This document shows positions 57,626 through 64,000 of a DNA stretch of 64,000 nucleotides, piece by piece (the first letter of the stretch is position 1; each line of letters opens with the position of its first letter). Below the pieces are notes generated by a model. That model worked only from the letters and a program-made list of their open reading frames with translations, had not been told where the DNA came from and did no database searches. This DNA comes from Candidatus Heimdallarchaeum endolithica. Lineage in GTDB: Archaea > Asgardarchaeota > Heimdallarchaeia > Heimdallarchaeales > Heimdallarchaeaceae. The position numbers and the translations under genes are program-made. The DNA is taken from positions 1,536,001 through 1,600,000 of the forward strand of contig CP084167.1 of assembly GCA_021513715.1 (NCBI GenBank). The letters are read 5' to 3'.

Positions 57626-58879
57626 ATGGGAACAATTTATGATGGTTTAGAGGAAATCGGTCCTCATTTTGAACTTAGTGAAACTCATAAAATGGTTAGA
57701 CAGAGTGTAAGAGAATTTGCTGAAAAAGAAATAGCCCCTTACGTAAAAGAGTGGGATCAAGCACATGAATTTCATAAACCAATATTGAAAAAAATGGCTG
57801 AACAAGGTATACTTGGTATATCCCTACCAGTTAAATATGGAGGCGGAGGACTAGATTATATATCACTAGCTATTGCATGTGAAGAACTCGAAAGAATAGA
57901 CACTTCAATGAGAGTAATTTTGTCTGTCCATAATGGATTATGCTCCTCAACAATTTTCCAATGGGGAAATAAGGAACAAAAGGAAAAATACTTACCAAAA
58001 CTTGCAACTGGAGAAGTAATCGGAACATTCGGATTGACAGAACCAGCTGCGGGAAGTGACCCTGCAGGCATAAAATCTCGTTGTAGAAAAGAAGGAGATG
58101 AATGGGTAATTAACGGAGAGAAAATGTGGATCTCGTACACAAATTCATCTGATGTTTTTCTAATTTTTGCTTATGAGGAAGACGTCAAACATAAGGGTAT
58201 GAGAGCTTTTATCGTTGAACGAGCTTTTGGAGGAGTAACGACAGGAAATATTGAACACAAAATGGGTGTCCGTGCTGGCGAAACAGGTTGGATTCATCTT
58301 GATGAAGTTAGAGTCCCTTCTGAAAACCTATTGGGCGAACCTGAAGAAGGATTTAAGATTGCAATGTCTTCTTTAGATTGGGGAAGATATACTGTTGGAG
58401 CTGGAGCTGTAGGTGGTGCTAAAGCCTCACTTGAAGCTTCTGTTGCTTATGCAAATGAGCGAGAAACATTCGGAAAGAAAATTGGACAGCATCAATTTAT
58501 TCAAGGAATGATTGCAGATATGGTTGCTGATATTGAAGCTGCTGAACTACTAGTTTGGAAAGCAGGGTGGGTAAAGAATCAAGGTAAAATAAATACAAGA
58601 GAGACATCTCTATCAAAATGGTATGCTACTAACGCGGCAGTTCGATGTGCAGATAGAGCCATACAAATTCATGGTGCATATGGATTCTGCGATGATTACC
58701 CTGTAGCACGTTATTATAGAAACGTTAGAGGAGCAACAATTTATGAAGGAAGCAATGAAATACAGAAAATAATTCAGGCTAGATACGCTCTTGGATACTT
58801 CAAAGACAAACCTTTACGTTGCATGCCTCCTAAGTATGATCCTGAAGAATGGATGAATCCAGATACTGATAAATACTAA
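57626..58879 (+). CDS. Acyl-CoA dehydrogenase
   Basis: GLTEPAAGSD, INGEKMWI, KMG.R, R..FGK.I, QIHGAYG, IYEGSNEIQ; GGAG RBS before ATG 57626. Confidence 0.93.
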   Translation: MGTIYDGLEEIGPHFELSETHKMVRQSVREFAEKEIAPYVKEWDQAHEFHKPILKKMAEQGILGISLPVKYGGGGLDYISLAIACEELERIDTSMRVILSVHNGLCSSTIFQWGNKEQKEKYLPKLATGEVIGTFGLTEPAAGSDPAGIKSRCRKEGDEWVINGEKMWISYTNSSDVFLIFAYEEDVKHKGMRAFIVERAFGGVTTGNIEHKMGVRAGETGWIHLDEVRVPSENLLGEPEEGFKIAMSSLDWGRYTVGAGAVGGAKASLEASVAYANERETFGKKIGQHQFIQGMIADMVADIEAAELLVWKAGWVKNQGKINTRETSLSKWYATNAAVRCADRAIQIHGAYGFCDDYPVARYYRNVRGATIYEGSNEIQKIIQARYALGYFKDKPLRCMPPKYDPEEWMNPDTDKY

Positions 58880-58941
58880 TTTAAATTTTTTATTTTTTCA
58901 CAAAAAGATTAAATACCTTTTTTTTTTTTTTAAGTACTACA

Positions 58942-59589
58942 ATGCCAGGAGAATACTTTGCCTATATCTTTGATTTTAAAGAGAAAAGAATATGCGAGAT
59001 TTTAAAATCAAACTATGAAATATTTTCAAAACATATTCAATATTTAAAAAATGTAAAAGAGTTAGGAAAATTACAAGTTGCTGGAATAACACAACAAAAA
59101 GAAAAAGAGGTAATTTTGCTTAATGTTCAAGATGAAAAGCTAGCAGAAGCAATCTTTTTGAATGATCCTTTAAGAAAATCCAACTTTTTTTGCTCATATT
59201 TTTATCGAGCAAATATCTCACATCAATCAATATCTTTTTTATGTAAACACAATAAAGACTGTAAAAATGAGGAAATTTTAGAGAATTATAAAAAAACAAA
59301 AACAAAGTTTTTCTTAAGTTTTTTTAGAAAAAATAGGAATATTCCCAGTAGTTCTGTTATTACACAGTTAGATATATTGCATGAGCATCACGAGTATGTG
59401 AAGGAAAAGACTCTTTCTAATAAGTTCATAATAACAGGTTTAATTAATGATGAAAAAATTGGAAATATTACTCTTATATATGCTGAAGATATCGATGAAG
59501 CTACTTTCCTTTTAAAAAATGATTCCATAATTTCCAAAAAACTTTTTGATTTTGAAGTATATCCATTTAATATTCTACTGGTTGGATAA
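58942..59589 (+). CDS. Tandem YciI-like domain protein
   Basis: Two units: H..Y.K......G...AG ... A......DP/DS. Confidence 0.6.
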   Translation: MPGEYFAYIFDFKEKRICEILKSNYEIFSKHIQYLKNVKELGKLQVAGITQQKEKEVILLNVQDEKLAEAIFLNDPLRKSNFFCSYFYRANISHQSISFLCKHNKDCKNEEILENYKKTKTKFFLSFFRKNRNIPSSSVITQLDILHEHHEYVKEKTLSNKFIITGLINDEKIGNITLIYAEDIDEATFLLKNDSIISKKLFDFEVYPFNILLVG

Positions 59590-59606
59590 AAAAAGAATAG
59601 AACGCA

Positions 59607-60890
59607 TTATTTATCGGCAATACGTTCTTTACCCACTAATGGAATTAGAAAGATAATTGGAATAAGTCCTAAAATGTAAATTCCTCCAGTTACTAGAAAG
59701 TTTAATCTAAAATTGTAAGGTTCAACATCACCAACTAGATATCCACCAATAACAGCACTTACATTCCAAAATAGACCCCATGCAATTGCTTCTAGACTAT
59801 TCCATTTCGCTCTATTCTTTTTGTTAACAACGTCCATTAATATTGATCTTGAGAGTGGTTGTCCAGCGTTCATCAATGACCCTCTAGCGATGAAGATTGG
59901 GATTAAAATATATAAAGGAGGATATATTGCTATAACAAATAAACATATAGTTGCAATTAGTTGGAAAAGGAATAGTGCTTCTGCCCTCCCCTTTTTCAGT
60001 GAATATTTTTGTGCTAATAAAGCTGATAAACCTGTAAAAATAGCTGTTAACCCCATTATAATTTGCACAGAAATAGGAGGAAGTTCATATTGTTTCAAGA
60101 AAAATATGGGGAAGAATTTTATAGTCATTCCTGCACCAAAACCGATTATAACATTACTTACAACGAGTAAAATAGGAATTAACTTCATTGCTTTTTCAGC
60201 TGATAAGGGTAATCCAACTCCGTTTCTCTTTATCTCCTTTTGAGTTAATTCTTCAGGTATTGATTCACTTTCTTTGCCTAAACTTTTCTTATCACTGAAA
60301 AGGAATAAGAGAATTATTGATAATGCAGAAAAACTCATACCCAATATCATTACATTCTTCAAAATCGATAGTTCCCACTCGTTTCCAAATACTAAAAACA
60401 ATAAAACATTGAAAAATGGTCCTATTGCAGATGAAATTTGTCTTGCTAAATGTAACCAAGAATAAATTTTGGTTCTGGTGCCTGATTCTAGTGAATCAGC
60501 TATTAAAGCTTCTAAAGAAGGTCTAGTTAATGCTTGATATAAACCCCATAAAGAAAGTGCAACAAAAACATATACAATATTATTGCCAATTATAATAAGT
60601 AATAGACCAATTAAACCAGCTAAGGCTGCAGATCTCAGTAAAATGTCTCTTCTAAAACGATCTGCTAAAAATCCAGAAGGAAGAACAAAAATTGTCATGG
60701 TGATTCCTGTAGCAGCAGAGGTCCAGCCAAGCAATTTATTAGACTCTGATGTAAGAAAGAATATGTAGGCTGATAGAACATTTGACATCCATATTCCACG
60801 ACCAAAACTTTGTAGAATACTGTATCCAAATGCAAGTTTAATATTCGGATTCATTTTTCGAACTATTTCTGAGAAAGTCATTGATACCAC
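59607..60890 (-). CDS. MFS transporter
   Basis: About 12 TM helices; GFLADRFRR motif A. Confidence 0.88.
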   Translation of the reverse strand: MVSMTFSEIVRKMNPNIKLAFGYSILQSFGRGIWMSNVLSAYIFFLTSESNKLLGWTSAATGITMTIFVLPSGFLADRFRRDILLRSAALAGLIGLLLIIIGNNIVYVFVALSLWGLYQALTRPSLEALIADSLESGTRTKIYSWLHLARQISSAIGPFFNVLLFLVFGNEWELSILKNVMILGMSFSALSIILLFLFSDKKSLGKESESIPEELTQKEIKRNGVGLPLSAEKAMKLIPILLVVSNVIIGFGAGMTIKFFPIFFLKQYELPPISVQIIMGLTAIFTGLSALLAQKYSLKKGRAEALFLFQLIATICLFVIAIYPPLYILIPIFIARGSLMNAGQPLSRSILMDVVNKKNRAKWNSLEAIAWGLFWNVSAVIGGYLVGDVEPYNFRLNFLVTGGIYILGLIPIIFLIPLVGKERIADK

Positions 60891-60964
60891 AGTTTTCTAT
60901 TTCGTCAGCTATTGTTAAATAAAATCTTTTAACTCTTTTAAAAATTAATCGAAACGAACAAAAA

Positions 60965-62632
60965 TCATTTGTGAGAAAAAATCACATTAACTTCAGGTTC
61001 TTTAGAATCGATTCGTCCATAACCGACCCGCTCAAGTTGAATAATCTCTCCAACAGGATAGTTCTGAATAGTTGGCTCTGCATAACCTTTGACAGTGATT
61101 AGTTTCTTTCCTTCAGGAATTATAAGATTCATCTTAACAAAGTCTGATGGCACCCATTGAATTACCTCTGTTCCTTTTTCAAACACTTCTGTTAGGAATT
61201 TTGCTTTATATTCTTCTCCTTCTTTTTTAATTTCTATTGTATAAAGATCCTTTAGACGCAACTTACCTTCATGTAAATCATCTTTAGCTAACCATATAAC
61301 TCCATTAGTCTTTATTTTTCTTTTACCTAGTTTCTCATTTTTTGGATGAACAGGAATTTCTGCTTCCTTCTCAGGAGCTCCTTCAACTATCAATTTTATG
61401 GGGTCAGCAACAAAAAAACAACGTTTTGCGATTGGATCAATAAGTTTCTTATTAGTTCCTGAAATATGTTTATAATCCAAATTAGTCTCAGCAAGAGAAA
61501 TACCCACATTAATTGCTAATAATTTAAACGTTTCAGGATTTATACCTCTTCTAAGTAACGCACGAATAGTCATTAGACGAGGATCATCCCAAGTAGTATT
61601 TTCTTCCTGAATTAATTTTCTTATTTCTCTACCAGAAGTTAATCCTCCAATGATATTTACTCTGCTGTAGTGAATAATTTCAGGGTTTTTTATGCCTAAA
61701 AGACTTCTAATATGATTTTGTAGAGGAGTTCGTTGAAGAAATTCTGCTCCTCGCAAAACATGTGTAACATTTAATCCATCTTCTATTGCAACTGCAAAGT
61801 CGTAAGAAGGCCAAACTCTATATTTTCTCCCTTGTAATGGGTGTTCTGCATCTATTATTCTAAAAATGGTAGGGTCTCGAAGGAGTGGATCTTTGTCTTT
61901 CATATTTCCTTTTAATCGAATAATAAATTCTCCCTCTTTTACATCGGCATGCATCGCCTTCCAAATCGAGAGATTTTCCTCTGTGCTTCTATTTCTACAA
62001 GAACATTCTTTTTCATTCCTACGTTTCTTACTTATCTCTTCTTTACTGCATGAACAAGCATAAGCTAAATTTTCTTTAATTAGTTGCTCTCCATAGGAAT
62101 AGTATTGTTCCATGTTATTTGACTCGATTATCTCTTGATCGTAATGAATGTTGATTGCTTTCAAATCTTCTCTTATCGCATTATAATACTCTTTTTTTGG
62201 TATCTGAGGGTTGGTATCTTCAAAACGAAGAATCAATTTCCCTTTATACTTTTGAGTGTAAAGATAGTTAATATAAAATCCAATAGCATGACCAACATGT
62301 AAATATTTACCAGGTTCTGGTGGAAGACGAGCTACAAATTTACCTTCCACAGCATTGGGTAAATCTTTCAGACTTTTTTTTCTCTTTTCTTTTTTCTCTA
62401 ATAATTCAGGAGCTAAATCACGTAATTGATTTATCTGCTCTTCCAAAGTTAAAGAGTTAATTTCTGAAACAAGAGCATTAACTTTCTCAACAACTTCTTT
62501 GATATTTTTTTTAGCTTCAGGAAAAGCCCCCAAGATCTTGGGAACGACAGATTTAGCGCTAGCTTTTCCTTTATAATCAATTGCATTTTTAAGTACGATT
62601 TTACGAATCTCGGTATCCATTTGAATCAACAT
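60965..62632 (-). CDS. gltX: Glutamate--tRNA ligase (archaeal type)
   Basis: RLPPEPGKYLHVGH, RFEDTNP, WPSYDFA, THVLRG, WDDPRL.T, QLERVGY. Confidence 0.95.
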   Translation of the reverse strand: MLIQMDTEIRKIVLKNAIDYKGKASAKSVVPKILGAFPEAKKNIKEVVEKVNALVSEINSLTLEEQINQLRDLAPELLEKKEKRKKSLKDLPNAVEGKFVARLPPEPGKYLHVGHAIGFYINYLYTQKYKGKLILRFEDTNPQIPKKEYYNAIREDLKAINIHYDQEIIESNNMEQYYSYGEQLIKENLAYACSCSKEEISKKRRNEKECSCRNRSTEENLSIWKAMHADVKEGEFIIRLKGNMKDKDPLLRDPTIFRIIDAEHPLQGRKYRVWPSYDFAVAIEDGLNVTHVLRGAEFLQRTPLQNHIRSLLGIKNPEIIHYSRVNIIGGLTSGREIRKLIQEENTTWDDPRLMTIRALLRRGINPETFKLLAINVGISLAETNLDYKHISGTNKKLIDPIAKRCFFVADPIKLIVEGAPEKEAEIPVHPKNEKLGKRKIKTNGVIWLAKDDLHEGKLRLKDLYTIEIKKEGEEYKAKFLTEVFEKGTEVIQWVPSDFVKMNLIIPEGKKLITVKGYAEPTIQNYPVGEIIQLERVGYGRIDSKEPEVNVIFSHK

Positions 62633-63112
62633 TATTACAAAACTTATATGAACATAGATTTGAAGAGGGTTTTTAAAATTCTTGATAACATATTTTTTGA
62701 AAATAAAGAGATAATAACAAAGATTTTAGAAAAAGAAAAGTTGTAAAAAGTCAAACTTTGCAAATATTTATCGATTAATATGAAGATATTTATCTATAAT
62801 ATTTCCAATAGCTTTTTCCATTTTTCCTTTTCCATTTCTCTCATTTCTTCTTCTTATTTTCTTTTTCTTTAATTTCAGTTTGCTTCTGCAATTTTTGAAA
62901 CACCCTTTTTTCTCCTTCTGAAAATGTTAATAACCCACACCTTCCTATATGCTCTACATTATGAGAATAATATGCAGAAAATTGTATTATGATAAAGCAA
63001 AAAAGTCATTTCAACATTTTGCAAAAGGTGTAGAATATGTGCATTAAAACAGCTAAAAAAACATAATAATTTGTTCACATGTTTTATTAATTGACTCATC
63101 TACTAGTAATCA

Positions 63113-63670
63113 ATGACTGACAATAACCAAATAACAACAGAAAAAAAACAGTTTGTTCCTCGTGAAGGATCTATAGAGTATAAAATGCTTTTTGGAACAC
63201 CAAAAGAACAGAAAAAAATGACTGCAAAGTTTAAATTTGCCAACAAGTTTTTTACTATTCCTCTATACAAAATTGGGATATTACCACTGTTTGGTGCAGG
63301 ACAAATTTTTCTTTTACTATACACTAAAGGTCGGAAAACAGGTAAGATCAGAACTACTCCTCTTGAATATCGAAAAATGGATGGAAAAATGTATATTTTT
63401 GCTAGTAGGGGAAACAAGACAAACTGGTTAAGAAATCTAAAAACTAATCCGGATGATGTGCGAGTAAAGATTGGATTCAAAAAATTTGCTGTAGAGCCAA
63501 GAATTCTATCTGTTGAAGAAAGAGCAAAAGTGTTTTATCAATATGTAAAGAATTACCCAACTGCTTCAAAGGCCTTAATGGGATGGAATCCGAAGGAAGA
63601 TAAGCTGGAAGAAACAGATTTTTCGTTTATTGCGGAACACATTCCAGTTGTACAGTTAATTAAAAAATAG
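63113..63670 (+). CDS. Deazaflavin (F420)-dependent nitroreductase family (Ddn-like) protein
   Basis: LLLYTKGRKTGKIRTTPL, AS.G...W.RNL..NP.V, IPVV.L. Confidence 0.85.
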   Translation: MTDNNQITTEKKQFVPREGSIEYKMLFGTPKEQKKMTAKFKFANKFFTIPLYKIGILPLFGAGQIFLLLYTKGRKTGKIRTTPLEYRKMDGKMYIFASRGNKTNWLRNLKTNPDDVRVKIGFKKFAVEPRILSVEERAKVFYQYVKNYPTASKALMGWNPKEDKLEETDFSFIAEHIPVVQLIKK

Positions 63671-63840
63671 GTTCTAAACTTTTTTTCTGTTATAGAAGAT
63701 AAGGAAAATAAAATTATTCAATCATAAGGAGGAGTATTTGATCGTTTATCCATACTTATAGACTAATATAGTCTTTTACCGATTTTATAATGTTTCCGAA
63801 TTATTGTAAAAGTTAAGTGGTGAAAGGACGAAAATGATAG

Positions 63841-64000
63841 ATGATGCTTATGAAACTCAGTGAATATACGTACAATGGGTATGATTATAAAGTAAAATAT
63901 AGACATCTTGACGACATTTATTATTATAATAACTTTGATGTTGAGGATACTTGGGATGCTTATGGATATGATCAATATACTGATACTAACCTGGTTTGGC
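63841..64000 (+). CDS. Possible Tyr/Asp-rich ORF running off the window edge
   Basis: MMLMKLSEYTYNGYDYKVKYRHLDDIYYYNNFDVEDTWDAYGYDQY... open to the end. Confidence 0.3.
   Translation, partial: MMLMKLSEYTYNGYDYKVKYRHLDDIYYYNNFDVEDTWDAYGYDQYTDTNLVW

Noticed and set aside
58918-58931. 14-nt poly-T as a phase-variation tract
   Set aside because: It is intergenic in an AT-rich genome, and a terminator or homopolymer artefact is equally likely
62633-63112. 480-bp AT-rich intergenic region as replication origin or ncRNA
   Set aside because: No ORB-like repeats, adjacent cdc6 or GC-rich stems were visible; consistent with divergent promoters
3452-63480. Numerous short ORFs nested antisense or out of frame within long genes (e.g. 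4055-4351, 12809-13219, 25232-25621, 54910-55263, 59821-60243, 63103-63480)
   Set aside because: They overlap well-supported genes and have no motifs or RBS
63763-63975. Minus-strand 70-aa hydrophobic ORF
   Set aside because: Ile-rich composition is explained as antisense of a Tyr/Asp-rich plus-strand frame; no motif

Overview
AT-rich archaeal chromosome segment, most likely from an Asgard archaeon (Heimdallarchaeia-like). This is inferred from the long eukaryote-type Rpo5/RPB5, longin-like domains, archaeal PheRS/GluRS, proteasome genes and an archaeal RNase P RNA. Most of the window is housekeeping and metabolic: proteasome alpha/beta, pheST, gltX, rpo5, cofD/cofC (F420), three FBP aldolase/phosphatase genes, xth, PMM/PGM, a plsY-like gene, oapABC-like genes, a bshC-like gene truncated by the left edge, two tRNAs and rnpB. 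Three mobile elements are resolved to the base. (1) An IS481-family element with a 16-bp target duplication. (2) An IS5-like DDE element with an 8-bp TSD inside a decayed ~1,950-aa surface-protein gene. (3) A TnpB-only element with a rearranged (Fanzor-type) RuvC site, a structured 3' RNA region and symmetric ends around a duplicated CATG(C), splitting a diacylglycerol-kinase-family gene. Other leading candidates for novelty are a single-pass receptor-like protein with a cytoplasmic Regnase/NYN RNase domain, a receptor and a soluble protein sharing a longin+wHTH module, tandem B3-like pseudobarrel/Zn-ribbon proteins, and a shared purine-to-pyrimidine skew inversion across all three mobile elements. 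All domain calls are motif recognition by eye; no searches were run.
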